This document shows, piece after piece, positions 1 to 9,056 of a DNA stretch of 44,959 nucleotides. Where the stretch lies: the NCBI GenBank assembly GCA_018060845.1, contig JAGOVG010000007.1, forward strand, positions 1 through 44,959, given 5' to 3'. Origin of the DNA: Candidatus Woesebacteria bacterium (GTDB taxonomy: Bacteria; Patescibacteriota; Microgenomatia; UBA1400; UBA12108). Made by a program: the position numbers and the translations under genes. The notes under the pieces were generated by a model. That model saw nothing but the letters and a program-made list of their open reading frames with translations. It was not told the DNA's origin and did not search any database. Every line of letters begins with the position of its first letter. The first letter of the stretch is position 1.

Positions 1-2
1 TT

Positions 3-125
3 GTTGAAGACTGGCTAAACCACACACCTAGAAAGTGTCTAGGCTACATGACGCCGTATGAGATAATAACTAAGGAACTAGAACAGATTAAAAGACAAGG
101 TGGTGCGTTTCAAGTGCGAATGTAG
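3..125 (+). mobile_element. C-terminal end of an IS30-family transposase (partial, runs in from the window edge)
   Basis: Frame starting at 3 reads VEDWLNHTPRKCLGYMTPYEIITKELEQIKRQGGAFQVRM*, matching the IS30-type C-terminal pattern LNxxPRKxLGYxTPxE followed by an xAxQx tail. Too short for the ORF track. Confidence 0.8.
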
Positions 126-153
126 GTTCATTTTTATTCATTCGAATATTGTC

Positions 154-618
154 TCATAGCTGTCCAGAAATCAGCTCAAATGCTGAGTCTACTAGTTCCT
201 GGGTTTTAGGCAAAAAATCCAACTTCATAATCTCATCATGAGAAAACCAACCCCAATCATTCGTTTCACGCTCTCGATCATGATTAAGATCTGGCTCTTG
301 CGTGCCGATATCTACTAAATAAGCAATAAGAATTACTTGAAAATCCATATCCTCGTCACCTTCTGCCTTTGTCCAGTAATTGGTTCGGACTATCGGGTGT
401 GGATAGATAATCGTCGCTTTAACATGCAGCTCTTCCCATAATTCTCTTATTACTGCCTGCTCTACATTTTCACCCACTTCAAGCTTGCCACCAGCTATCT
501 GCCACTTATTGTGCCATGAACGATAAGTTGGTGCGTTGCGTTTTGTAAGTAGGACTTTTTGATGATCAGAAGAAATAGGTATACCTAATGCAACTACTAT
601 TTGCTTTGCTGAGTTCAT
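154..618 (-). CDS. NUDIX hydrolase
   Basis: Nudix box GGKLEVGENVEQAVIRELWEE. Confidence 0.9.
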   Translation of the reverse strand: MNSAKQIVVALGIPISSDHQKVLLTKRNAPTYRSWHNKWQIAGGKLEVGENVEQAVIRELWEELHVKATIIYPHPIVRTNYWTKAEGDEDMDFQVILIAYLVDIGTQEPDLNHDRERETNDWGWFSHDEIMKLDFLPKTQELVDSAFELISGQL

Positions 619-1169
619 AGCCCTAGCTCCGGGGCTATTTCTTGCATAGCTTTAAGCACAGTTGGGACGTGCTCGGTCCATAGGTCGACACCTAATTCTT
701 TGGCACCCTCTTCGACCTCGGCGCGGTTAACTCCGGCAGCAAAACCTTTATCTTTCCATTTCTTTTTAATACTACTCACTTCGACATCCGCTATCTTTTT
801 GCTAGGTCTAACTAGTGCGGTTGTGGTGATGAGCCCAGTTAGTTCGTCACAGGCAAATAAAGCCTTTTCCATATTGGAGTCACGAGATACACCAGTCCTG
901 GGTGCATGTGACTGGATGGCGCGAATGATTGCCTCTTCTACACCTATCTCACGCAAGATAAGTGACCCCTTCATTGGGTGACCTTCTAAATCCGGGTGTA
1001 TCTCCCAATCAAAGTCGTGAAGCAGGCCAACTACTCTATATGTCTCCTCATCTTCGCCAAACTTTTTTGCATAGGCCGCCATAGCTGCCTCAACTGCCAA
1101 CATGTGACGAACGAGGTTTTCGTTCTTTACGTACTTTCTAACTATTGCCAGTGCTTGATCACGATTCAT
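615..1169 (-). CDS. HD/HDIG-domain metal-dependent phosphohydrolase (COG2316-like)
   Basis: RHMLAV...GLLHDFD...SH...ACDELTG motifs; ATGA overlap with the downstream NUDIX gene. Confidence 0.85.
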   Translation of the reverse strand: MNRDQALAIVRKYVKNENLVRHMLAVEAAMAAYAKKFGEDEETYRVVGLLHDFDWEIHPDLEGHPMKGSLILREIGVEEAIIRAIQSHAPRTGVSRDSNMEKALFACDELTGLITTTALVRPSKKIADVEVSSIKKKWKDKGFAAGVNRAEVEEGAKELGVDLWTEHVPTVLKAMQEIAPELGL

Positions 1170-1180
1170 AGTGCTCCTTT

Positions 1181-1900
1181 TTAAAATGGCATTATTGTTA
1201 AATCTTGGATGTCGCTGTGTTCACTCTGATTAGCGATGAGACTAACTAAGCGAGTAATGTCTGAGACTTCTAGCATTTGGGGTACTTTACCGTTCCATAT
1301 TCTTTTACGTCTCTCTAATTCTTCTTCGTCAAAGAAATCTGTTTTTATCATCCCAGGACATAGCGTGCTAACTTTGATTCCAAATGGTGCTAGCTCAGCC
1401 CTGATCGCCTGTGAGTAGCCCATGACCCCAAACTTAGTCGCACTATAAAATTCGCCGTTTGCAAATGCGACTTTGCCTGAGATAGATGCAACGTTAATTA
1501 TTAAACCTGTTTTAGCTTCTTTCATGATTGGGACAACATACTTTGTAAGCAAAGCTACGCCCACTATGTTGGTTGTGATCATCTGCTCAAAACGAGCTAG
1601 ATCAAAAGTATCGACATCGCGAAAGTAGCCAATGCCCGCGTTATTAACAAGTATATCTACCTGTCCAAATTTTTCTTTGACCTGTTTCACAACCGCTGCT
1701 ACGCTATCCTCCTTCGTAACATCCCCTTCAACGACCAAAAATCTATCTGCGTCATATTTGAGGGATAGCTCAGCCTCTAGCTTAGACACTTGGCCGCTGT
1801 TGCGTGAAAAAGTAGCAACAGACATGCCGTCTGCGAGTAGTTGGTCCACTACCCCATGACCTATTCCTTTTGTCCCACCACTGACTAAAGCTACTTTCAT
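1181..1900 (-). CDS. Short-chain dehydrogenase/reductase (SDR)
   Basis: GGTKGIG Rossmann motif, NNAG, YSATK catalytic motif. Confidence 0.95.
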   Translation of the reverse strand: MKVALVSGGTKGIGHGVVDQLLADGMSVATFSRNSGQVSKLEAELSLKYDADRFLVVEGDVTKEDSVAAVVKQVKEKFGQVDILVNNAGIGYFRDVDTFDLARFEQMITTNIVGVALLTKYVVPIMKEAKTGLIINVASISGKVAFANGEFYSATKFGVMGYSQAIRAELAPFGIKVSTLCPGMIKTDFFDEEELERRKRIWNGKVPQMLEVSDITRLVSLIANQSEHSDIQDLTIMPF

Positions 1901-1909
1901 ATATCTCCT

Positions 1910-2698
1910 TTATAACGGATTAGGAATATCAATAAATTCTACTTCTAGTTTGTCGCCATAATAGGATTTTAGTTTTTTGCCTAACTCTTGGACACCAAAT
2001 ACTTCGGTAGCGTAGTGGCCAGCTGCATAGTAGTTGTATCCTACCCCCTCAGCCTGCGCGATCCCTGGCTCTATAATCTCACCCGAGATGTGTGCATCGA
2101 TCTTTTTGTCGATTATTTCAAAGAGTGACCGATCATATGGTTTTGCACCACCGGTGCAGACTCCAATTCTTTTGACCATCTTGGGTCCGCCATAAACTGT
2201 AAACACATCGTGAGTAGTGATCTCCGCTAGACGGGTAGCCAAAACTGTCGCGCTAATCGGATTATCGAACTCAGCAACAATCCCCCAGTCATCGTAGTAT
2301 GACTCAGTGGTTATAGTCGCCCCCAACTCCTTAGTAATAGTTGCGTTGTTACCAAACTCTCTTTGCGCATCGAGGCTATAGTGATAACCGGCGACCGTTA
2401 AGTTATTTGCAAAAATATATTTTAGATCTCGCTGCAATCCACTATGTATACGGGAAGCAACAATGTTGTGTGAGGTTAGATCTAGCCCGTGATGAGCTAG
2501 GCAAAACTGAGCGCCAGAGGCTACTGCTTCGGTTAGAAAGTCGTGAGTGAGCGAGACGCCGAGTGCGATCTTTTTGACATCACCTTCACCATGTATCTGG
2601 ACGCCGTTACTATAGATGTCTTTTAATCTCGCTCGAGCGATGAGCTCGACTCCGATCAAATCTTCTATCTTACCGATGAGATCGTCTCTTTTGACCAT
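1910..2698 (-). CDS. Nif3-like/DUF34 dinuclear metal-centre protein
   Basis: AHHG, YHYSLD, GHYATE motifs typical of NIF3/YbgI. Confidence 0.9.
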   Translation of the reverse strand: MVKRDDLIGKIEDLIGVELIARARLKDIYSNGVQIHGEGDVKKIALGVSLTHDFLTEAVASGAQFCLAHHGLDLTSHNIVASRIHSGLQRDLKYIFANNLTVAGYHYSLDAQREFGNNATITKELGATITTESYYDDWGIVAEFDNPISATVLATRLAEITTHDVFTVYGGPKMVKRIGVCTGGAKPYDRSLFEIIDKKIDAHISGEIIEPGIAQAEGVGYNYYAAGHYATEVFGVQELGKKLKSYYGDKLEVEFIDIPNPL

Positions 2699-2699
2699 G

Positions 2700-4148
2700 T
2701 TATTCTTTTTCTGGGCGCATCAGAGGGAATGCAATCACTTCGCGGATAGCCCAGGTGTTAGTGATAAACATAATTAGTCGATCGATACCGTAGCCGATAC
2801 CCCCGAGTGGTGGACAGCCGTACGAGAGCGCAGTTAAGAACTCTTCGTCCAGAGGCTGCGATTCATCATCACCTGCTTTCATATTCTTTTGCTCGTTTTC
2901 AAAGCGCTCTCTTTGCTCGTGCTCAGAGACTATCTCGCTCCAACCGTCAAAGATTTCTTTGCCACCGATGTAGCACTCAAACCGCTCTACCCGACCCGGC
3001 TTTGACCGGTGAGTCTTACTAAGTGGTGATACTTCTACAGGATAGTCGATGACCCAGGTAGGCTGAACGAGGTTGGGGGTGACTAAGTGGTCATAGATAG
3101 CAAAGAGTGCTTTGTTACGAGAGTAGACTCCAGTAACCTGGAATTTGTGCTTTTTAATTATCTCTTTGATCTCCTCATCACTCACTGTCTCCCATTCGAT
3201 CCCAGCATATTCTTTGAGTGCTTCGTCGATTGTAATTGTCCTCCATTTGGGCGAGAGATCTACCATCTCTTCTCCTACTTTTAGCTTGAGATCACCAGTT
3301 ACTTTGTTTACCACATACTTAGTTAGCGCCTCGGTGCGCTCCATGATCCGGTGATAATCTGCATATGCTTCGTAAAACTCCATCATAGTGAACTCTGGCT
3401 GATGAGTCTGGTCCATTCCTTCGTTGCGGAAGTTTCGGGCGATCTCAAAAATCCTCTCGTACCCACCGACGATCAAGCGCTTGAGATATAGCTCGGGAGC
3501 AACCCGGAGATACATGTCCTGATCTAGTGCGTTGAGATGGGTAGTAAAGGGCTTGGCGTTAGTTCCACCATATAGATTTTGCAGAATTGGGGTATCTACT
3601 TCGTAGTATCCTTGTGACCAGAGGTATTCACGAATGGCCTGGAGCGTTGCCCAGCGAACATCAATAATCCTCCTAGCCTCAGGATTTAAGATTAGGTCGA
3701 GGTATCGCTGACGGAAGCGATCTTCTTTGTCTTTTAGACCATACCAACTATCGGGGAGTGGCTTCATTGACTTGCCTAGGAATGTTAACTCCTCTACTTT
3801 GAGGGTTAGCTCGCCTGCTTGGGTTTTGAAGGTAGTGCCTGATACACCAACAAAATCACCGATATCTAAGAGCTTGACTACTTCATAACTGCTCTCGCCA
3901 ATATCGGCAAGTGATGCAAAGACCTGCACGTGCCCCTTATCGTCCCAGAGATCCATAAAAGTAATCTTGCCTTGGCGACGATATCCCTTAAGACGGCCTG
4001 CCACCATGACTTTTTGGTCGATATCGGTACAGTCCGAGGTCTTGTGGGTAGGTGAATAGATGGGTGGATTCACGTTTACACCAAGCGCTACTAGTTTTGC
4101 TAGTTTGTCTCGTCTAACCTGGATTATTTGTTCTTCGCGTGTTGCCAT
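2700..4148 (-). CDS. lysS: Lysine--tRNA ligase (class II)
   Basis: OB-fold N-terminus, RFRQRYLDL, FRNEG motif 2, HQPEFTMMEFY, GIGYGIDRL motif 3. Confidence 0.98.
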   Translation of the reverse strand: MATREEQIIQVRRDKLAKLVALGVNVNPPIYSPTHKTSDCTDIDQKVMVAGRLKGYRRQGKITFMDLWDDKGHVQVFASLADIGESSYEVVKLLDIGDFVGVSGTTFKTQAGELTLKVEELTFLGKSMKPLPDSWYGLKDKEDRFRQRYLDLILNPEARRIIDVRWATLQAIREYLWSQGYYEVDTPILQNLYGGTNAKPFTTHLNALDQDMYLRVAPELYLKRLIVGGYERIFEIARNFRNEGMDQTHQPEFTMMEFYEAYADYHRIMERTEALTKYVVNKVTGDLKLKVGEEMVDLSPKWRTITIDEALKEYAGIEWETVSDEEIKEIIKKHKFQVTGVYSRNKALFAIYDHLVTPNLVQPTWVIDYPVEVSPLSKTHRSKPGRVERFECYIGGKEIFDGWSEIVSEHEQRERFENEQKNMKAGDDESQPLDEEFLTALSYGCPPLGGIGYGIDRLIMFITNTWAIREVIAFPLMRPEKE

Positions 4149-4181
4149 ACTTTGTTCTCCTTATTCGTGTAGTATATCAAC

Positions 4182-4203
4182 AAAAATCCCGCCTTGGCGG
4201 GAT
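4182..4203 (-). terminator. Intrinsic terminator-like hairpin between greA and lysS
   Basis: ATCCCGCC (4186-4193) / GGCGGGAT (4196-4203) perfect inverted repeat, followed on the minus strand by a T run (A's at 4182-4186). Confidence 0.7.
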
Positions 4204-4228
4204 GTTGATACATTTCCCTCCAAGTTAA

Positions 4229-4693
4229 TTAGTGGATTTTTTTGATTTTGTAGATTACTTTGCCAGCTGGAGCCTGAAACTCGACAGTCTCACCCTTTTT
4301 CTTGCCGACGAGTGCAGTGCCAAGAGGGCTAGTGTGACTAATCTTTTTCTTCATTGGATCTGCTTCCCATTCACCGACTATTTCGTATGTGTGTTCTTTG
4401 CCACCCAATTCGACTGTGACGCGACAACCAATGTTAATCGAGTCGCTAGCCTTAGTCTCGACCACATAGGCGCGTGCCACAATATCTTCGAGTTCTTCGA
4501 CGCGTCCTTCGAGGAACGAGAGCTCTTCGCGGGCGGCATGGTATTCGGCATTCTCGGAGAGATCACCAAAATCGCGAGCACGAGCGACACGCTCAATCGC
4601 TGCTGGGAGCTTGACGTTTTTTAGTTCGGATAGCTCTAGCTTTACTTCGGCTAGACCATCTTTGGTGAACTGGATTTTGATTAGATCTGTCAT
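4229..4693 (-). CDS. greA: Transcription elongation factor GreA
   Basis: GDLSENAEYHAA, ISHTSPLGTAL motifs. Confidence 0.97.
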   Translation of the reverse strand: MTDLIKIQFTKDGLAEVKLELSELKNVKLPAAIERVARARDFGDLSENAEYHAAREELSFLEGRVEELEDIVARAYVVETKASDSINIGCRVTVELGGKEHTYEIVGEWEADPMKKKISHTSPLGTALVGKKKGETVEFQAPAGKVIYKIKKIH

Positions 4694-4808
4694 TGGGGCA
4701 TGATAGCAAATCCCAATTGAGAGTCAATACACCCATAGTACACATGGTTGTAGTTTGATAATTTAAGTCTATATTGAACTTAGGTAAGTATATTAAGGAG
4801 GGATTGGT

Positions 4809-5177
4809 ATGACAGGATATATTGGTAATATTGAAGAGTTAGTAATTAAAAATAATCACTTTCGTCAGGTACTCTATACAGGAGTGCGTGCGCAGCTGGT
4901 CGTCATGAGCCTGTTACCTGGTGAGGATATAGGGGTCGAGACCCATGGGCATGTTGACCAGTTCTTTCGGATCGAAGCGGGGACGATTGAGATTACGATG
5001 AATGGCCAGGTAAGTACGCTGACTGCCGGGATGGCGGCGATAGTGCCAGCAGGCACTAAACACAATCTAGTAAATATAGGGACGAGTGTGGCTAAGATGT
5101 ACACTCTTTATTCGCCACCTAACCACCCGGCCAATACGGTCCACCCGACCAAAGCAGATGCAATGAGAGCGGAGTAA
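4809..5177 (+). CDS. Cupin-domain protein
   Basis: ETHGHVDQFFRIEAG and PAGTKHN cupin motifs; SD-like AAGGAGG upstream. Confidence 0.9.
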   Translation: MTGYIGNIEELVIKNNHFRQVLYTGVRAQLVVMSLLPGEDIGVETHGHVDQFFRIEAGTIEITMNGQVSTLTAGMAAIVPAGTKHNLVNIGTSVAKMYTLYSPPNHPANTVHPTKADAMRAE

Positions 5178-5245
5178 CTAAGCGCAGTTACTAATCGGTA
5201 CGTACTAGACAGTTCTAAACTTAGATTGGTATAGTGTTTAGTTAT

Positions 5246-5575
5246 ATGAAGAAAATAATCCTTGGTGTGCTGTTAGTCGCTACTATCGGTGGTGCTTATA
5301 TGTTTATGAGCAAAACGGCGCCCACTACCCCATATTCAATGGAAGAAATAGCAAAACACAGTAGTCGCGAAGATTGCTGGATGGCAGTTGAGGGTAAGGT
5401 CTATAACGTAACTGGCTATATTTCTAGTGGGATGCACAAAGGAAAAGATGCAATCCTAATGGGATGTGGCAAAGACGCAACAGAGATATACAACAATCGC
5501 CCTAACGGTAGTGGTGCTCACTCCAAACTAGCTCGCGAGGTAATGTCTAAATTTGCTATCGGTGTCGTCAAATAG
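5246..5575 (+). CDS. Membrane-anchored cytochrome b5-like heme/steroid-binding protein
   Basis: N-terminal hydrophobic anchor; DCWMAVEGKVYNVT, HKG and GAHS heme-ligand pattern. Start placed at ATG 5246; the ORF track starts at GTG 5234. Confidence 0.8.
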   Translation: MKKIILGVLLVATIGGAYMFMSKTAPTTPYSMEEIAKHSSREDCWMAVEGKVYNVTGYISSGMHKGKDAILMGCGKDATEIYNNRPNGSGAHSKLAREVMSKFAIGVVK

Positions 5576-5578
5576 TAA

Positions 5579-6244
5579 TTACCACTTAATCTCTTCTTTG
5601 CCGACTAGACTCAGGTAGTCATCACATTTGCTAAAAGGACGAGATCCAAAGAACCCAGTGTGTGCAGAGAATGGTGATGGATGAGGAGAGTTGATCACTA
5701 GGTGGCGTGTCGAGTCTATAACTTCTCCCTTTTTCTGAGCGTAGGCACCCCAGAGAATAAAGACAAGATTTTCTTTTTGGTCGGACAGAGTTTTGACTAC
5801 TGCATCGGTAAACTGCTCCCACCCCTTCTTTTGGTGAGACCCTGGGGATTTTTCGCTCACGGTGAGAGTCGCATTTAGTAGGAGTACACCCTGGCGGGCC
5901 CACTCCTCCAAGTCCCCGTTGGGGTAAGCGCTTGGGTGGCCCAGATCGCTCTCGATTTCTTTGTAAATATTTTTGACAGATGGAGGGAGTCGGACTCCCT
6001 GGTTTACGGCAAAACAGAGACCATTAGCCTGGCCTGCCCCATGGTACGGATCTTGGCCCAGGATTACCACTTTAACTTTATCAAATGGTGTTAGCTCAAA
6101 CGCACGAAAGATAAACCGAGGTGGTGGGTAAACAGTGCTAGTTGTATATTCTGATCTGACAAAGTCGGTTAGTTCTTTAAAATACGGTTGATCAAACTCG
6201 CCGCTAAGTGCTTTTTTCCAGCTTGGTTCTATTTTTACATCCAT
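5579..6244 (-). CDS. ung: Uracil-DNA glycosylase (family 1)
   Basis: GQDPYHG, GVLLLN, HPSPFS motifs. Confidence 0.97.
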   Translation of the reverse strand: MDVKIEPSWKKALSGEFDQPYFKELTDFVRSEYTTSTVYPPPRFIFRAFELTPFDKVKVVILGQDPYHGAGQANGLCFAVNQGVRLPPSVKNIYKEIESDLGHPSAYPNGDLEEWARQGVLLLNATLTVSEKSPGSHQKKGWEQFTDAVVKTLSDQKENLVFILWGAYAQKKGEVIDSTRHLVINSPHPSPFSAHTGFFGSRPFSKCDDYLSLVGKEEIKW

Positions 6245-6291
6245 AGCTGATATAATATCATCTCATCTTGGCTCACTCACAAAAAAGGCTT

Positions 6292-6312
6292 GCCCTGAGC
6301 TAGCCGAAGGGC
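6292..6312. repeat. Short REP-like palindrome abutting the tRNA 5' end
   Basis: GCCCTGAGCTAGCCGAAGGGC with GCCCT/AGGGC arms; shares CCTGAG...CCGAAGG with the element at 36085-36114. Confidence 0.45.
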
Positions 6313-6384
6313 CCCATCGTCTAGCCAGGTCTAGGACGGCAGGTTCTCATCCTGTTAACATCGGTTCGAATCCGATTGGGGTCA
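6310..6384 (+). tRNA. tRNA-Glu (anticodon CTC); CCA not encoded
   Basis: Folded by hand: acceptor GGCCCCA/TGGGGTC, D stem GTCT/GGAC, anticodon stem GCAGG/CCTGT with loop TTCTCAT, T arm ATCGG-TTCGAAT-CCGAT, discriminator A at 6384. Confidence 0.95.
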
Positions 6385-7855
6385 CATTATCAGATTTTAG
6401 GCCATTAATACCCCGCAATACCTCAAGTACGACAGGGGTTCGATAGTCTAATCCGTCCCAAACCAATTTTTCTGGGAATATCGAACCCTGATAAGCAATT
6501 TTTCCTTCAATGGGTAAACTATCCCACCTATCCTTAATATTTGTGACAAAACTTTTACCAAACTTCGTCAACTCATCAATATTTACTTCTGGTACGGCGA
6601 CCTCTTCGTTTTGTCTTGTTTGCAAAATCATCAATTCTTGCTCATAACCTGTTTTAAGGGTAGTAAAAGTATCTTTATCAATATCATCATCTAATCTCAT
6701 CTCGACTAATCTCTGTTTTTTAGATTCTAATTCCTTAATACGTTTTAATAATTTTTCCTGCTCTGACACACTTGATACAACGTGAGTCGATAATTGTTCC
6801 TTAAAAATCTCGAAATACAAATCAATCGCCTCTTTTTCTGGCTCAATCTTTTCTAGTAAATCGGAGAATTTTGCATGAAGAGTTTTTGACGAATGATTCC
6901 CAGAGTCCCTGTTATGACAGAAGTAATAGCCGTATTTATTACCCCATCTACCCGAAGACATCGCACCAGTAAAAGTATGACCGCAATCGCCAAGTATCAA
7001 ACCTTTAAGAGGAAAGTTTTCATTTGTTGTTTTCCTAATAATGGAAAATTGCTTACCTTGTTTAACCTGCTGACACTTTTCAAAAATATCAGTTGATATC
7101 AAAGGGGTATGTAGACCCTTGCGTAGTTTGTTATCAATTTTGTTACGAGTAAATCCGATGTAGAAAGGGTTTGTAATCAGGGTGACAATTTGTTGTTTAT
7201 AAAATTTAAGTTTTGTACCACGATGATTGTAGGTCGCAGTTTTATTGAGTTTGTGAGCAATCGCATGAAAACTATATAACCCTGTAGCATATAAGTTAAA
7301 TACCTCACGTATAGCATGACTACAGGCTTCATCCTCTTTCGCTACGGACAGTCGTTCACCCATGTTTTTTGGCAGGTAGTAGCCAATAGGGGGATTCCAG
7401 GGGAATAGTCCTTGCTCAAGTCGTCTTATCATGCCTAGTTTAGTCCGTTCAATCCTAATATCGTTGTCATACTCGTTCACGGCGGCGAGGATGCCCTCAA
7501 TCAACTTTGGTGACCCATCTTCACCAATATTTTCAGTAGCCGAGCGGAGGCGGATGTTTTTCTTTAGTAGTTTGCTTCTTAGATAGTGATGGTGTTCCTG
7601 TGACCTCGCAAATCGGTCAATCTTAAATACAACAAGAACGTCAAATTTTTTGTAGTTTTGGTCACAGTAATCGAGTAACTCAGCCACACGTTGAAGATTA
7701 TTTTTATTTGCTGATATAGCCTCATCAGTTACAACATCAACTACATCAAGATTTTGCTTGTTACAATACGCCCTACAAACCTGTTCCTGAGTCGCTAGGG
7801 ATGTATTAGAAACTTGTTTTTCGTCTGATATACGAAGATAGACTACTGCCTTCAT
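6347..7855 (-). CDS. Large serine recombinase (integrase)
   Basis: MKAVVYLRIS with catalytic Ser, KIDRFARS, recombinase domain (PPIGYY), Zn-ribbon-like LKGLILGDCG...YYFC, coiled coil. Probable start ATG 7855; the ORF track extends to 7897. Last codons lie antisense within the tRNA. Confidence 0.93.
   Translation of the reverse strand: MKAVVYLRISDEKQVSNTSLATQEQVCRAYCNKQNLDVVDVVTDEAISANKNNLQRVAELLDYCDQNYKKFDVLVVFKIDRFARSQEHHHYLRSKLLKKNIRLRSATENIGEDGSPKLIEGILAAVNEYDNDIRIERTKLGMIRRLEQGLFPWNPPIGYYLPKNMGERLSVAKEDEACSHAIREVFNLYATGLYSFHAIAHKLNKTATYNHRGTKLKFYKQQIVTLITNPFYIGFTRNKIDNKLRKGLHTPLISTDIFEKCQQVKQGKQFSIIRKTTNENFPLKGLILGDCGHTFTGAMSSGRWGNKYGYYFCHNRDSGNHSSKTLHAKFSDLLEKIEPEKEAIDLYFEIFKEQLSTHVVSSVSEQEKLLKRIKELESKKQRLVEMRLDDDIDKDTFTTLKTGYEQELMILQTRQNEEVAVPEVNIDELTKFGKSFVTNIKDRWDSLPIEGKIAYQGSIFPEKLVWDGLDYRTPVVLEVLRGINGLKSDNVTPIGFEPMLTG
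6375..6386 (+). repeat. att core, left copy (ATTGGGGTCACA)
   Basis: Overlaps the last 10 nt of tRNA-Glu; exact second copy at 11869-11880. Confidence 0.8.
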
Positions 7856-8006
7856 AAATAACCCTAGGCAGGATATTTTTAATAATGGCTTGTTCAACGG
7901 CTATTTTAGCAATATTCTCGAGATTAGCCATCCATAATAGCAAAGCATCATCAGACACTTGAGCATACTTAACACCAAGAATATCGCGAACCCTATCAAT
8001 CGTCAT
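7806..8006 (-). CDS. Small protein coupled between Rep and integrase; candidate recombination directionality factor
   Basis: MTIDRVRDILGVKYAQVSDDALL...; overlaps the Rep stop and the integrase start. Function is inferred from position only. Confidence 0.55.
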   Translation of the reverse strand: MTIDRVRDILGVKYAQVSDDALLLWMANLENIAKIAVEQAIIKNILPRVIYEGSSLSSYIRRKTSF

Positions 8007-8994
8007 GAGCAATCCTATGAATTTTAGGAGGTAAACCAGCAGTTAAGGTAATCTCAATATCATCAGAATCAGGGTTATCAACTTCGTCAAACAAGAATCC
8101 CAAATTCTTCTTCTGTAGTAATAATTTAAGTTTGTCTGGGGATAAATCACTAAAAATGCGTTTACCAACTCTATCTGGCCTAGTACACGACCTACTAACC
8201 GAGTATCTACGTTCAAAATACTTAAATCCGCCAATAGGATTACCTTTATGAGTATCAATCCCATCAACAATATAATTAAGTACGTATCTGCTAATACGGT
8301 TTACACTTTTCACCTTTTCAATGTGGATATCGATACCGCCTCCAATATGCATCCATACCTTCCTGATAATCTCAGCAGGTAAAAATTGATTTAATAGGAT
8401 ATGAAGGTGGGCAATACCAGTACCAGGTTGAAATTGTAGAACCCAGATATATTTTAGGATGTTTACTTGTTTCTTTAACTCAAATTTATAAAATCGTTTC
8501 TTCTTGGTGCTGTAATAGGTAAACTTATTACGCTTAAGGGTTACAACCAGGTGATTAAACTTTTTGGTTATGTACTCATGCGTTTTGTTTACCCCGTTAC
8601 CAAAATACTCAAGGGGAATCGTTTTGGGGTCAAGAGTTAAGACCAAGTGATACCAAATATCATTAAGTAAAGCAATATTAAGTAATAGATACTTGAGTCG
8701 CAGGGCCTTTTTAATCTGACACCTGGGACAAGTCCAGGAATTACACCCAATCCTTTTGACGTTAATCTGTGCGAGTCTTTTACCCTCATAAACCATGAAA
8801 GCAATTTTTCTAGACTCGCAAAATCGCGGAGGGATAAGTCTAGTCTTAAATTTACGCCCATATAGTTTGGTTTTGATTTGACGAATCCATTCCTTCTGGG
8901 AGTCAGTCTGTTGAGATGATCTATTATTAGTCAAGACTAGTACCTGCCGCTTCGCGTCAGGTAAGGGGGCACATGGGGATTCCGTCTTTTTCAT
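7996..8994 (-). CDS. HUH-superfamily rolling-circle replication initiator (Rep)
   Basis: Cys cluster CNSWTCPRC, motif I HLVLTLDP, motif II QFQPGTGIAHLHILL, motif III-like SRYVLNY. Confidence 0.8.
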   Translation of the reverse strand: MKKTESPCAPLPDAKRQVLVLTNNRSSQQTDSQKEWIRQIKTKLYGRKFKTRLIPPRFCESRKIAFMVYEGKRLAQINVKRIGCNSWTCPRCQIKKALRLKYLLLNIALLNDIWYHLVLTLDPKTIPLEYFGNGVNKTHEYITKKFNHLVVTLKRNKFTYYSTKKKRFYKFELKKQVNILKYIWVLQFQPGTGIAHLHILLNQFLPAEIIRKVWMHIGGGIDIHIEKVKSVNRISRYVLNYIVDGIDTHKGNPIGGFKYFERRYSVSRSCTRPDRVGKRIFSDLSPDKLKLLLQKKNLGFLFDEVDNPDSDDIEITLTAGLPPKIHRIAHDD

Positions 8995-9056
8995 GACGGA
9001 ATCCTAAAAGAAAAGGCTCAGAAAATATAACCAGATAACCTAGGAGTAAATGATAT

